Positions 48,750 through 59,366 of a stretch of DNA of 64,000 bases are shown here, piece by piece. The translations under genes and the position numbers were made by a program. The stretch comes from an uncultured Verrucomicrobiae bacterium (GTDB taxonomy: Bacteria > Verrucomicrobiota > Verrucomicrobiia > Chthoniobacterales > Terrimicrobiaceae). Location of the stretch: positions 64,001-128,000 of the forward strand of contig CAVPOC010000010.1 of the NCBI GenBank assembly GCA_963706955.1, written 5' to 3'. Each line of letters starts with the position of its first letter. The first letter of the stretch is position 1. The notes beneath the pieces were generated by a model, which saw only the letters and a program-made list of their open reading frames with translations, ran no database searches and had not been told where the DNA came from.

Positions 48750-49877
48750 TCACTCTCGCAGCCCCTCCAGCGTCTTTTGGGCAATCTTCGGCCAAGCGAA
48801 GTATCGCTCGAAAAACGCTTCCATCTCTTCGCGGCCGCGTTGTTGGTTTTTCCATTTTGAGACGATCCATTGATTGATTCGATCGGTGAAGGCCTTTTGA
48901 TCATCGCGCGGGGCGAGAATCAGACTGCTCGGGGCATCGTTCCGCAACAACGCATCGGTGTGATCCGCCCAGGTGGAAGCAACTGCCACACCATGTTGAA
49001 AGCCAGCTATTGCCGACCCTCTCCGCGTCGAGATGCCATCGATAAATGGAGAGATCAGAACGTCCATGGCCCGCATCCGGTCGGCGGCGGCTTCCGCCGG
49101 CAAAGGCCCCTCGTCCATGAAAGGAAACCCCGCGCAGACTTCGCGAAAGCTTTTCCCGTCCTTCCCGACATAGAGAACGACCAGTTTGTCCTGCACGCCT
49201 GCTGCGCCCTGAACCGCCGCGCCCATCCAATCAGTCATCCGACTCGGGTGGGAGGAACCAAACATCCCCACGACCAACGTATCGGCAGAGATTCTGAGCT
49301 TTTCCCGCGCCGCCTCCCAGGAGAGCGGCGACTGGGGCAGATTTGAGCCAACCGGCAGGTGGTGACAGACCGCTTCCGGGAAAACGGCCTTGATTTCGTC
49401 AATCCACCGCGTTGTTGAGACGAAAATCGCGTCCGCAAGTTTGGCCAAGGCACGAAGTTGGCGGTTCTGCCACTGACGCATTACCCAAAATTTCCATGGA
49501 CGAGTGGGAACTTGGGTCTCGTGGAACATGACCGCGACCTGAGCTTGGCCCGTTTTCTTCAGCTTCCGGGCTGTATCCACTAGCCAGGGACAATATCCCC
49601 ATCGGCCAAAGCCGAACGGATTATATTCGACTTTCAGCCAATCGAGGCCGCCTCCCTGGGCCAGCAGAGCGGGGAGTTGCTTGATGGACTGCGGGTTGTC
49701 GGGCTCGAAGAAGGGATGGACCTCGGCCTCATCACAGCGCGCCCGCTGACGGCCTTTTGAGGTCCAGACGCTTGTCTGAACACCCTTTTCTGCCAGGGCC
49801 TTGGCCAGCCAATAGGTATAATCGCCGATACCGTCAAAATCCGGTGGGAAGGCGGCGCTTAGAAGGCCGATTTTCAA
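48750..49877 (-). CDS. GT4-type glycosyltransferase
   Basis: FPPDFDGIGDYT, HE, PVGSN, PFIDGISTRRGSAIAG. Confidence 0.82.
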   Translation of the reverse strand: MKIGLLSAAFPPDFDGIGDYTYWLAKALAEKGVQTSVWTSKGRQRARCDEAEVHPFFEPDNPQSIKQLPALLAQGGGLDWLKVEYNPFGFGRWGYCPWLVDTARKLKKTGQAQVAVMFHETQVPTRPWKFWVMRQWQNRQLRALAKLADAIFVSTTRWIDEIKAVFPEAVCHHLPVGSNLPQSPLSWEAAREKLRISADTLVVGMFGSSHPSRMTDWMGAAVQGAAGVQDKLVVLYVGKDGKSFREVCAGFPFMDEGPLPAEAAADRMRAMDVLISPFIDGISTRRGSAIAGFQHGVAVASTWADHTDALLRNDAPSSLILAPRDDQKAFTDRINQWIVSKWKNQQRGREEMEAFFERYFAWPKIAQKTLEGLRE

Positions 49878-49963
49878 GGCAATTGAATGGCTGCCGATCA
49901 GAGAAAGAGAGGTCGGAGGAAAGTCGTCTTTGGATCTTCCTTAGTCGACCTCGATAGCTGACC

Positions 49964-50506
49964 TTAAAAGAAGTGGCGCACCACCTTGGTGTTGTAGGCA
50001 AATTTCGCAGTGCGCATGGCGATCTTTCGCGCCGGAATTCCGGCAACTATTTCTCTTGGGCCGACAGACTTGGTGACAACCGCGCCGGCGGCGACGACGG
50101 CTCCCTCTCCGATATCGACTCCCGGAAGGATGGTTGCACGGCTGCCAACGAAAACGAAGTCCCCGATGGTCACAGGTCGTTCTCGTCCGCCGATATCGTC
50201 TGTGGAAATATCGTGGTCTGCGGTGATAATATGCACTTCCGGTGAGATTGACACATTCTTCCCGATGGTGATGAAGCCTCTGGCGTCAAGGCGGCACCGT
50301 TGATTGATCACCGAGTTCTCTCCAATCACCAGCTGTCTGCGGCAATCAAGCCAAAGACCTGAATGGAAAAAAACTCCCGGTCCCATTTCCACCTGCATGA
50401 CCTGCTGGTAGAAGAGTTTGCGCAGCCGTGCGCTCGGAAGATTCGCGACCACGATGTTGCAAATGTAGAGCAGAGCATCGAAGCGGACTGCAGCCCAATG
50501 ACTCAT
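49964..50506 (-). CDS. Left-handed beta-helix O-acetyltransferase
   Basis: Hexapeptide repeats IGENSVI, IGKNVSI, IGDFVFVG, IGEGAVVAAGAVVTK, VAGIPA. Confidence 0.9.
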   Translation of the reverse strand: MSHWAAVRFDALLYICNIVVANLPSARLRKLFYQQVMQVEMGPGVFFHSGLWLDCRRQLVIGENSVINQRCRLDARGFITIGKNVSISPEVHIITADHDISTDDIGGRERPVTIGDFVFVGSRATILPGVDIGEGAVVAAGAVVTKSVGPREIVAGIPARKIAMRTAKFAYNTKVVRHFF

Positions 50507-51447
50507 TTTCCCAGGAGGCGGTGCTTCACGGTCCGGGCGATGCCCCGCAGTGAGGAAGGCTCAGCAATAGCTCGACCGGCCAGCCTTTTTGCGTTCGTCA
50601 TCCAGCGTTTTCCCCGGGCGCGGTCACCGGCCAAAAACGCTTCCAATCCCAGAAGGAAGAGATCCTTTCCAAGCATCACTCGAAGCCTCTTCGCCAGGTC
50701 CGCTCCTCGCGGATGAGGTCGAAAAAGACTCTCGGCATCGTCGGCAAACACGATCATCTCATCTTGGAGTCGTCCCGAAGTTGAGAAGACAGACGTCACA
50801 CCTCCAACGTTTTGCCGATAGCGAACCAAAACCTTGGGTATTGCGCGACACCGCCGTGAAGCCATCGCTAGTTGCAGGTAATAGCGTCGATCGCAAACCA
50901 TTCCAAAGCGCGGGTCGGGCGACCCGGCACGATTCGAAGCTTCGCGGGTGAAGGCACTAGCCGAAGGCAGCGCATGGTTATTATCCAATAGCCAGACAGA
51001 GGCATCCTCGCCACTCATTTCCTTCGCGACGGTCACCGGCGCTGAGCGCTGACGAAATTTCAAGCTTGGATCGTAGTAGTCCCAATTTGTCCAAACCAGA
51101 TCCAAATCCCTCTGCTTCTGAAAGGCATCCGCAAACGTCTGCAAAGCATCCGGCTCCCAGGCATCATCCGCATGCAGCGTCGTCAGAATGGGTGCTGAGG
51201 TATTTGCGATCGTAAAAGCCCAGTTGTTTGCCTGCCTGAGATTCTCGCGTTGGTAAACATAGCGAACCCGGCGGTCCTTCAAATAGGGAGTTACCACGTC
51301 CGACGTGTTGTCGGTTGAGGCATCGTCGGAAATGAGCAGCTCCCAATTCTGGAAAGTTTGTGCACAAACACTGTCCAAGGCGGTCTTGATAAAGGCCGCA
51401 CTGTTATGTGCCAGCATACAAACGCTAATATAGGGCGAGCTATCCAA
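50503..51447 (-). CDS. GT2 glycosyltransferase
   Basis: ISVCMLAHN, QTFQNWELLISDDASTD, LHADD. Confidence 0.9.
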   Translation of the reverse strand: MDSSPYISVCMLAHNSAAFIKTALDSVCAQTFQNWELLISDDASTDNTSDVVTPYLKDRRVRYVYQRENLRQANNWAFTIANTSAPILTTLHADDAWEPDALQTFADAFQKQRDLDLVWTNWDYYDPSLKFRQRSAPVTVAKEMSGEDASVWLLDNNHALPSASAFTREASNRAGSPDPRFGMVCDRRYYLQLAMASRRCRAIPKVLVRYRQNVGGVTSVFSTSGRLQDEMIVFADDAESLFRPHPRGADLAKRLRVMLGKDLFLLGLEAFLAGDRARGKRWMTNAKRLAGRAIAEPSSLRGIARTVKHRLLGK

Positions 51448-51510
51448 AGAGAGAATTGTTTCGCTGAAAGAGCGGGTCTTCTAAGCCAAGCAAAAAGATT
51501 GTTCCCAAGA

Positions 51511-52371
51511 TTACGGTCGCGGCGGTGACTTTTTCTGCCAGATAAAGGAGAGGAAGGCGGCGAGCCGTTCCAACTTACGAAGGCGGGGTTGATCGGGCTT
51601 GATGCGACCAGCTTTCATCTCGAGCTCCCAACGCTTTGCCCAGCAAAGAAAATAGTATTGGGCAAAGAACAGCGACATGATAAGTCCAAAGGCGCCTTCG
51701 CGATAACTTCCCTTGTAAACATAGAGGTTGAGAAATGTGTGGATGATACCACGCAACGGAGATTTCGGCATCGGCGCACCATCGGCGACCGCCTGCTCTG
51801 CTTCCAGGCTGGTATAACGATTCTGTGTTGCCAGGTAATCGCTGATGGAATCCTTCGAGAAGTGGAGCAGATAGCCATTCAGACTCTCAGTCCTTCCCTC
51901 CGTGATCAAGCCCTCATGGACAAGACGTGAATCCCACCTGGTAGCACCTCGTCGTTGCATTCGCGTTTGCCAGGCTTCACCATGAGTATACGGAGTGTAG
52001 ACCCCAAAGTAATGTTCGCGGCGACGCACTCTAAAGATCGTGATGTCGGCGGGAATTCCGTCGCGCAAGCGCTTTCGCACTTCGGTCGCGAGCTCCGGCG
52101 TGAAGTGTTCATCAGCATCGAGAAAGAAAACCCACTCGCAGGTTGACTGGTCCAGTCCGTAGTTGCGCTGATCGGCAAACCCCCCGGGCTTGGTCGGTCC
52201 CAATCGATCGCTAAGGAATACTTTGTCCGTGAACTTCCGTGCTACTTCGACGGTATTGTCGGTGCTGTAACCATCCACCACTATCACTTCATCACACCAA
52301 GTCGCGCTAGCCAAACAATCCGGAAGGCGAGCTGCTTCGTTGTAGGTCAGGATGATCGCCGAGATAGTCAT
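51511..52371 (-). CDS. GT2 glycosyltransferase (WaaE/KdtX-like)
   Basis: ISAIILTYNE, VVDGYSTD, QRNYGL, FLDADE, VHE, NRYTSLEA. Confidence 0.9.
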   Translation of the reverse strand: MTISAIILTYNEAARLPDCLASATWCDEVIVVDGYSTDNTVEVARKFTDKVFLSDRLGPTKPGGFADQRNYGLDQSTCEWVFFLDADEHFTPELATEVRKRLRDGIPADITIFRVRRREHYFGVYTPYTHGEAWQTRMQRRGATRWDSRLVHEGLITEGRTESLNGYLLHFSKDSISDYLATQNRYTSLEAEQAVADGAPMPKSPLRGIIHTFLNLYVYKGSYREGAFGLIMSLFFAQYYFLCWAKRWELEMKAGRIKPDQPRLRKLERLAAFLSFIWQKKSPPRP

Positions 52372-52431
52372 TGAATCATGAAAATGGAGTATGAGTCTGC
52401 TTCAACGCTGCCTGCCTCCCGGGCAACCCGC

Positions 52432-53691
52432 CTATGTTAGTTGCGTGGCAGCTTGGACGGCTTCGACGTGAACCCTGGCCACGCTTTCTGTGGTAAAATC
52501 GCGTTGCTGACGTGCGCGGCCGTCGCGTCCAAGCCGCTCGCGGAAATCGGGCTGCTCCAGCAACGACAAGATCTTCTTCGCAAGTGAAGCCGGCTCCTGG
52601 TCCGCCCAGACCCCGGTGACGCCGTCCTGGATCAACTCGCGACAGGCGGCAGCCAGCCCGCAGATCACCGGTTTGCCATAGGCCCAAGCCTCGACGTAGG
52701 CAATGCCGAAGGCCTCATGAGCGGAAGGAAGACAAAAGATGTCGCAAGCGGCCAAAGCATCAGCTTTCCCAAGCTCGTCCGGCACCCCAAGATCGCGCAA
52801 CGATTCCGCGGGAATCGCCCCCTTCAACTTTTCATAATCGGATCCACCGGGACCCGCGAGAAGCAAAACCGCCGACGGGAACGCCTCCAAAACCATTGGC
52901 CAGGCTCTCAGAAGTGCCGGATATCCTTTTCCTTCATCCCTGCGGCCCAGAAATAGCACTGTCGGCGTCTCAGGCGGGATCTTATACCTCGCGCGAAAGC
53001 GTTGCCCGTCTCCATCCATCCTGCACATCGGCGGCAGACCGCACCAGACCAGCTTCTCATGCGGCACACCCAAAGCTCCCAAGTGCGTTTTCTCATGTTT
53101 GCTTTGGCAGAAGATCGCGTCGGCGCCAGCATACAAACGAACATCAATAATATCATCCCCCCACGAGCGCGGGTGGACTGCCGGCCAAATCGTAAATTTT
53201 TTTCCCTGGCGGCGGGCCCAATGAAGGAGAGAAAAGCTAAAAAAATCCCATCCGGTCCCAACGAAGTGAATCCAATCGCCCATTCCATCAACTCGCTTGA
53301 AAGAGGCTGTCGGAACCAGCCATCCTGCCAATCGCTCTAACAGGGGGTGCAGGAGTGGCCGGGAAGCCATCGAGCTTAGCACCCGTTGCGCTTTCGTCCA
53401 TACGGGTCGCACTTCGAGGGTTTCCACAGGCCAAGGGACTGGCTCATCGGATTTCTCCAGAGTCGGATGCTCCGGTTTGACTGCGAGGAAGACGCCTTCG
53501 ATTCCAAAGTGCTCCTGAAGTGCACGCGCCAGAAAACGCTGATACGCGCCTAAGCCTCCCACGTAACTCGGTGCGATCCCTGAAACAATAACCGCCTTCT
53601 TCGTTCCGTGCGCCGGGGTCCCGAGCTGCGTCGATACGGAGCGGCTTTGGACGGTTGATTCAGAGCGAGCGTGTACGCCTGAGCGACACAT
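52432..53691 (-). CDS. GT4 glycosyltransferase (start uncertain; may be the C-terminal half of a fused GT4-GT4)
   Basis: YVGGLGAY, FLGRRDEGKG, PSAHEAFGIAYVEAWAYG. Confidence 0.85.
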   Translation of the reverse strand: MCRSGVHARSESTVQSRSVSTQLGTPAHGTKKAVIVSGIAPSYVGGLGAYQRFLARALQEHFGIEGVFLAVKPEHPTLEKSDEPVPWPVETLEVRPVWTKAQRVLSSMASRPLLHPLLERLAGWLVPTASFKRVDGMGDWIHFVGTGWDFFSFSLLHWARRQGKKFTIWPAVHPRSWGDDIIDVRLYAGADAIFCQSKHEKTHLGALGVPHEKLVWCGLPPMCRMDGDGQRFRARYKIPPETPTVLFLGRRDEGKGYPALLRAWPMVLEAFPSAVLLLAGPGGSDYEKLKGAIPAESLRDLGVPDELGKADALAACDIFCLPSAHEAFGIAYVEAWAYGKPVICGLAAACRELIQDGVTGVWADQEPASLAKKILSLLEQPDFRERLGRDGRARQQRDFTTESVARVHVEAVQAATQLT

Positions 53692-54971
53692 TCCGCAGAC
53701 TTCTCCCAGGAGAACTTGGCCGCTTGCTCGACGCTAAGGCTCTTCAGCTCTTCACGTCGAGCAGGATTGTTGATGAGATCTACAATCGCTTGAGTTACCG
53801 CTGCCTCATCACTCGGATCGACGAGAATCGCCGCTGGGCCAGCGACCTCTGGCAGCGAGCTTCGATTCGAGCAGATAACCGGCGCCGCGCACTGCAGCGC
53901 CTCCAGCACCGGCAGTCCAAAGCCTTCATAGGTGGAGGGAAAAAGAAATGCCTCGCATTCCGAATAGAGGCAGGCGAGATCCTCGTCCGGCACCCCACTG
54001 GCCCGCAAGATCCGATTTGCGAGTTCCGGTCGTTTCGCAATTTCCTGATCTGTGGTTTCCGCCGCGTGTCCAGCCTTGGGATTGCCGACGAGAACCAATT
54101 TGCCGGTCCACGAGGGAAGCTGACTGGCGGCGCTGAAGAATGACCGCACGACTAAGGGAATGTTCTTTCGCGGCTGAGGGTTGGCCACCGATAAAAGAAA
54201 TGGGGTATTTCCCAGACCCCATCGCGAGCGAACTCGGCCGATCATGGCCTGATCTTGCACAGGTCTAAAGATTGGTCCTGCCGAAAGATGTGCAACGACA
54301 ACCCGCTCTGACGGAAATCCCGAAAGTTCGCAAAAATCATCTTTGGTGAATTGGGAAACGGCGACCACCACATCCCTGGTCGGGTTCAGCGCGGCCAGGA
54401 CCGTTTTCAACATGCCAGCCGCATCCGGGCCCGCCTCCTCAGCATGCCTCAGTGGGATCACATCATGAATGGTGACCACGCGGGGGATCGAGCGATGAAG
54501 CCACTCCGGCGGCGCTCGAAAGGGTGCATGAAACAGATCAATCTCATCCGGACCAACTCCGACTTTCACGGAGGCGTGGACGATCCGACGGACCAACGCT
54601 GTCACGAGCAGCAGAGCCCGCCGGCGAATGCCAGAGGCGTGCGCACTTCGATTCGCCCGCTTTTCGAGGCGATAGAGCAGATCGGCGGCAGCTTTGCCGA
54701 GCGCAGACTTAGTCTTGAAAGTTCGCAAACTTGCTATCGGTGGCACACAGCTATGCGCCGCCCATCGCTCGGTTGCGATACTGGTGACGACGGGATTCCA
54801 GTCCTCTGCGAAAGCTCCGACCACCCGAAGATTTAAGCCTGGGTTGTTTCGGAGACGGGCCAGATGTTCTTCGATGACCCGCCCAATTCCGGTGACCATG
54901 CGGCTGGTCCCAGGCGGAGGCACCACCGAAGACACCTCGTAGCCAACTCGCGCCATACCTCGATCGCTCAT
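53550..54971 (-). CDS. GT4 glycosyltransferase (MtfB-like mannosyltransferase group)
   Basis: TGIGRV, TIHDVIP, VSQFTK, PRKN, FPSTYEGFGLPVLEALQC, SSLPEVAG, FSWEKSA. Confidence 0.9.
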   Translation of the reverse strand: MSDRGMARVGYEVSSVVPPPGTSRMVTGIGRVIEEHLARLRNNPGLNLRVVGAFAEDWNPVVTSIATERWAAHSCVPPIASLRTFKTKSALGKAAADLLYRLEKRANRSAHASGIRRRALLLVTALVRRIVHASVKVGVGPDEIDLFHAPFRAPPEWLHRSIPRVVTIHDVIPLRHAEEAGPDAAGMLKTVLAALNPTRDVVVAVSQFTKDDFCELSGFPSERVVVAHLSAGPIFRPVQDQAMIGRVRSRWGLGNTPFLLSVANPQPRKNIPLVVRSFFSAASQLPSWTGKLVLVGNPKAGHAAETTDQEIAKRPELANRILRASGVPDEDLACLYSECEAFLFPSTYEGFGLPVLEALQCAAPVICSNRSSLPEVAGPAAILVDPSDEAAVTQAIVDLINNPARREELKSLSVEQAAKFSWEKSAECVAQAYTLALNQPSKAAPYRRSSGPRRTERRRRLLFQGSHRVTWEA

Positions 54972-55018
54972 CCTAGAAACGACTACGCCACCTCCCAGGC
55001 CAAAGCGCATCCACCTGG

Positions 55019-55927
55019 CTAAAATTTTGGTTGCACATGGAAGCGTCGATCCAGCAGGCGAACCAGAAAGTTCAGGGCCCGAATGGGCAAGGGCCATTTT
55101 ACCAACCAACGCAGCGCAGCTCGCTTGCGCTGAATCCTCGCGTCCCACTCCCGCTTTTCTGCCACCGTCAGGTACGACGTAAACAGCTCGGTGAGAAAAT
55201 GGCCCTTCTCAAAAGCTGGACCGGCAAAGTGAAGGAAAGCCGGGGCGGAAGGAGCTGACAATATGGGCGCCGCATCGCTGCGGTCTTCATAGTCCTCAAC
55301 CATCGTCGATTCCATAGTCTGTGGCGGCAGATTGAAGTTGAAAATATCCCGCCGCTTCAGCAGCACCAGCCAGTTGAAAGAGGGCTGATCGATCGGACTT
55401 GATTTTCGATCAAGACAGGTCGCTCGCATCTCCGGCGACTGGACAAGCGCAATCAATTCTTCTTCCTCATACAACGGCGTCTCAAACGCAAAGAATCCCG
55501 AGTTGAACGTCAAGAGAGGCCACCGAGACGAAAGTGTCCTGAGAAAGCGACGGGATTCCACCGAAAACGTCCATCGGTTTCTGGCCCATTCGGTGTCGGC
55601 AACGGCAAAAGAGCACGGCGGCGCCGCCGGGAGCCACTCTCGCGGATCGCGCAAGACGACGATGTCGGTGTCGAAATACGCGCACTCGCTTTGCAGGAGA
55701 GCTTCATACTTGCAATACAGCGGATGCGCTCCCTCCTCTTTAAGGAAGGAGAAAAGTTTGCTATCCTCGATCCAACTACAACCGGCTGGAGGCTCCAGAT
55801 CGGCTGCTCCGCAGGGAATAATCCACACCGGGAGATCACATCCAACGTTTCGGAGCGACCTGAGGAAAACCCGGAGTTGGAGTTCTACATTCTTGTTCGC
55901 CAGGACTAGAATCTTCGCTATGGTCAT
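55019..55927 (-). CDS. GT8-like (GT-A fold) glycosyltransferase
   Basis: YFDTDIVV (DxD), FNSGFF, DQPSFN, LHFAG follow the GT8 motif order. Confidence 0.7.
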   Translation of the reverse strand: MTIAKILVLANKNVELQLRVFLRSLRNVGCDLPVWIIPCGAADLEPPAGCSWIEDSKLFSFLKEEGAHPLYCKYEALLQSECAYFDTDIVVLRDPREWLPAAPPCSFAVADTEWARNRWTFSVESRRFLRTLSSRWPLLTFNSGFFAFETPLYEEEELIALVQSPEMRATCLDRKSSPIDQPSFNWLVLLKRRDIFNFNLPPQTMESTMVEDYEDRSDAAPILSAPSAPAFLHFAGPAFEKGHFLTELFTSYLTVAEKREWDARIQRKRAALRWLVKWPLPIRALNFLVRLLDRRFHVQPKF

Positions 55928-56025
55928 CCGCTAAGCTCGCTTTGCGTTTGCACGCAGACAGGCGCCCCTCCTTGTCATCCACTTGCCCGCTCAGCAAGAA
56001 TCTTATACTGGCATCAACAATGAAT

Positions 56026-57198
56026 TCAGCTACGGCTGGAAACTCCGCCCTGATCACGAGTTCTTAACGAAAGAAGTCGTGCGCTGACGGTTTCTAAGGA
56101 ACAGCGGCCTCTCCATTCAGCCGCAATCTTCTCAGAATCGCGCAGGCCCTTTCTTCGCCGGTCGATCTCTTGCTGGAGCGCCCGCACGCAGTCCACGGCT
56201 GAACTCCCGCTGAAGGTCTCGCCAAACACACCGTCGCCAATGAGCGACTTGTAACCTGGAACCCGATCGGAGGCAACTAACGTGCAGCCTTGACAAAGCG
56301 CCTCCAGCCCCTGAACGGGCGTGGACTCGAAGCGGGAGGTCGAGAGGAGCACTTGCGCATCCGCCAACCGACCGCACAAGACCTTGGGCGGAGTATTCTT
56401 GAAGAGCTGGAGCTTCTTATTGTTCTCGGCAAGCCGTTCGAGATTGGGAGCATCACCTCGAATGTGCAACTCCACTGGCACCGGATCAGGCGTGTCGAAA
56501 TATCGTCGCAACGCCTCTTCCAAAAGAAAGGGATCTTTCTGTTGAGCACCCAGTCGTCCCGCCGCGATAACTAAGTCCTGACGATCGCCTTTCACCGGGC
56601 CCTCGGTGAAGCTGCGCCTGACCGCAAAGGGAATGACGACAATTTTCTTCGCCAGATCCGATCGACCTCTTCGTGCCAGGAACTCGCGAAGGATTCGCGC
56701 AGGTTCCTCGGATTCGATCTTGAGATAATCCGCGAGCTCGAATGAATCGAAGACAGCCTTGTCCTGCTCTTTCCCCTCGATCAACCAACTATGCAACCAC
56801 GCCTTGAGAATCTTCGCTTTCTTCGGATAGCTGTAGCTTGGATGCCACATCGTTACCCTAAGAAACCTAAGCGGATCCTGCCGAACCGAAAAATATCCAT
56901 CGCTGTCACATTCCATGACCACGGAGGCACCCGCTTCTCGGGCAAGTTTTAATATTGCTGGCTCGAAGCGGCCTACTGAGTAGAAGATCGCGATATCCAG
57001 AGCCTCCCCGCGCCACCATTCGGGGTTCTTCAACTGGTCAAGTTTGATTTCGGTCTTCGGTATGGAATCATCGATCCCTTGAAACCCCTTGGCATATATC
57101 CGCCCGCTATGACCCATTTCCGCAAATTGACGGCACAGATCGGTGTGGCAGATCGCTCCGTCTGTCGCGATTGCGTTAATCAAGATTCCTACTTTCAT
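56026..57198 (-). CDS. GT4-type glycosyltransferase
   Basis: AAGRLGAQQKD, TSRFESTPVQGLEALCQG. Confidence 0.8.
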   Translation of the reverse strand: MKVGILINAIATDGAICHTDLCRQFAEMGHSGRIYAKGFQGIDDSIPKTEIKLDQLKNPEWWRGEALDIAIFYSVGRFEPAILKLAREAGASVVMECDSDGYFSVRQDPLRFLRVTMWHPSYSYPKKAKILKAWLHSWLIEGKEQDKAVFDSFELADYLKIESEEPARILREFLARRGRSDLAKKIVVIPFAVRRSFTEGPVKGDRQDLVIAAGRLGAQQKDPFLLEEALRRYFDTPDPVPVELHIRGDAPNLERLAENNKKLQLFKNTPPKVLCGRLADAQVLLSTSRFESTPVQGLEALCQGCTLVASDRVPGYKSLIGDGVFGETFSGSSAVDCVRALQQEIDRRRKGLRDSEKIAAEWRGRCSLETVSARLLSLRTRDQGGVSSRS

Positions 57199-57329
57199 CC
57201 CCGCTCTACAAACGAACTTGGAACTATCGAAGTGTCTCCACGGCGTCCAACAACTACAGAGAATTGGAACGCCATGGGCAATCTTGGGCGGCTTTGCGGA
57301 ATCGGTTGATGGCCGACTGCTGCGAATGC

Positions 57330-59171
57330 TTAGCCGACCGAAGCACTCGCCAATCGGAAGAATTCCGACTTTGACTCCATCAACTCGTCGTAAGTGCCAG
57401 CCTCTCCAACCTTGCCATTTATCAGAACATAGATTGCATCACACCCCCGGACGGTCGTCAGTCGATGAGCAATGGAGATAATCGTAATTTCACCCTGGAG
57501 GGCCTCGACCGCCTGCATGAACTTTGCTTCTGTCTCATTGTCCAGGGCGCTCGTCCCCTCGTCCAGGATGAGCATCTCAGGATCGAAATAAAGCGCCCTC
57601 GCGAGACCCACCCGTTGGCGTTGCCCTCCGCTCAACATCACGCCGCGTTCACCAACTTGCGTCTCGAGTCCATTCGGCATCTTAGCAATCACCTCTTGAA
57701 GTTGCGCCGAAGCGATCGCGCCATCCAGGCGTTGACGATCGATTTTGTCATCGGGAATGCCGAGGGCAATGTTTCGAACCAGACTGTCGTCGAGCAGGAA
57801 AATTTCTTGTGGGACATAGCCGATCCGCAGTTGCCATTTTAGGGGCACAGGCTTGCTGAGCGGTTTGCCATCAACGAGGATTTCACCCTGGGTGGGCTCA
57901 TAGAGACCAAGAAGGATGTTAATCAACGTTGATTTGCCTGATCCTGTCTGACCGACAAAGCCGATTGATGTGCCCCTCTCGATCCGAAGATCGATCCCCT
58001 GGATCGTCGGGCGCTCGACACCGGGATAATTAAAGGTGAGATCGCGAAGCTCGATAGAGTCTGTGAAAAGTGGTCCCTGATCGACTGGTTCGACCGTGTC
58101 CGGAGTCCACCTGGGGATCGAAACGGGATACGCCTGTGATGAAAAGTTCAGCTCCTCGGCCAACTCCTCCATCGTGTACCGATTCGTCGTGACCAAATGG
58201 AGGCTGTTGTAGAGTTGTTGAACATTCGGCAAAAGTCGAAAACCGGCCATCGCCATGACGCCGAGTGTCGGCAGGACGGCATCGAGGCGACCCGCCGCCA
58301 GAGCCGCCATAGCCCAAATGATCGTGCCCGCGAAGGCGATTGGCTCGATCAAGTTGCGCGGCAGTCCGCTGATCCACGCACTCATCACCTGCGCCTTGAC
58401 GCCACGACTGGAAAGTTCCCCCACTTTGCTAAGAAAGAACGGACCGGCGCCTCGCAATTTGATGTCCCGCATCCCGGCGATGAACTGCTGGACGAGTCGG
58501 CTGAGGCCCGCGCTTGTCTCTCGGGAGACTTCGTTGATCGAACGCACTCTCTTCCGAGTAATCTGCATGAAAATCAAATAGAACCCTGCAAAGAAGAAGC
58601 CTGCTATCAAAGTGACGACCGGTTCCAGGATGAGCAGTCCGGCAACAATTACCGCGGTGATGAAAAGACGTGCGGTAAAATCGCAAAGAGGAGTAAGCAA
58701 GAACGCGGTGAACAGGTTGACGTCCGCATTCGCCTTCTTGGTGAGCACTGCAGAGTTGCGCGACACGAAATACAAGTAAGGTTGGCTATAATACTTGGCA
58801 ATCAACTGCATCCTTAGCCAGTGGCCGAGATCGCCAACATAACGGGCCGTCATGATCTGGCTAAAGATCGTGGAAGCACTCGCCACCACCAGCGAGATAA
58901 TCGCGAGAGTTCCGGTTGCATACACCAATTGTCGCGAGTCCGTGATGTTAAACCAGGCGATCAGTAAGGAACCATATTTCGAAGCAGCAAAGCCCTCCGG
59001 ATTCGCCGCCACCGACAGGAACGGCAGTACGGAGGCCACTCCGCCCAATTGCAAGACGGCCACGACAACCATGCTCACCACCACGAAAACGAACCGCCGC
59101 CGGCTAAACGGAAGAACCACGCTTAGGATCTTGCCGAGAAACGCCGAACCTCTGGATAGGGACGAAAGCAT
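57330..59171 (-). CDS. ABC transporter fused permease/ATPase, PglK/HepA-like glycan flippase
   Basis: N-terminal TMD; GQTGSGKST, GYVPQ, GERGVMLSGGQRQR, LILDEGTSALD, IAHRL. Confidence 0.9.
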   Translation of the reverse strand: MLSSLSRGSAFLGKILSVVLPFSRRRFVFVVVSMVVVAVLQLGGVASVLPFLSVAANPEGFAASKYGSLLIAWFNITDSRQLVYATGTLAIISLVVASASTIFSQIMTARYVGDLGHWLRMQLIAKYYSQPYLYFVSRNSAVLTKKANADVNLFTAFLLTPLCDFTARLFITAVIVAGLLILEPVVTLIAGFFFAGFYLIFMQITRKRVRSINEVSRETSAGLSRLVQQFIAGMRDIKLRGAGPFFLSKVGELSSRGVKAQVMSAWISGLPRNLIEPIAFAGTIIWAMAALAAGRLDAVLPTLGVMAMAGFRLLPNVQQLYNSLHLVTTNRYTMEELAEELNFSSQAYPVSIPRWTPDTVEPVDQGPLFTDSIELRDLTFNYPGVERPTIQGIDLRIERGTSIGFVGQTGSGKSTLINILLGLYEPTQGEILVDGKPLSKPVPLKWQLRIGYVPQEIFLLDDSLVRNIALGIPDDKIDRQRLDGAIASAQLQEVIAKMPNGLETQVGERGVMLSGGQRQRVGLARALYFDPEMLILDEGTSALDNETEAKFMQAVEALQGEITIISIAHRLTTVRGCDAIYVLINGKVGEAGTYDELMESKSEFFRLASASVG

Positions 59172-59366
59172 TACGAAATCATCGGTTCAGGCACCGGGCA
59201 AGACCATCGCGGCCAGCAAAATCGGGAACGATCTCGGCGGTAGCTGGCGGAGCGACTGGAGAGGAGAACGGCCTGGCTGTTTTTTAGCGTCGCCCTCCAC
59301 GCCCAAGACCTGCCAAAAATCCAAGAGGATGTATTGCGAGCGAGAGAAAGCTGTAGATCGGCCCAT

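Noticed and set aside
1101..55148. N-terminal extensions in the ORF track (hydA from 1101, oxidoreductase from 2513, GTs from 43293, 48904 and 55148)
   Set aside because: They overlap upstream genes or intergenic sequence and lack family similarity. Downstream ATGs coincide with the domain starts.
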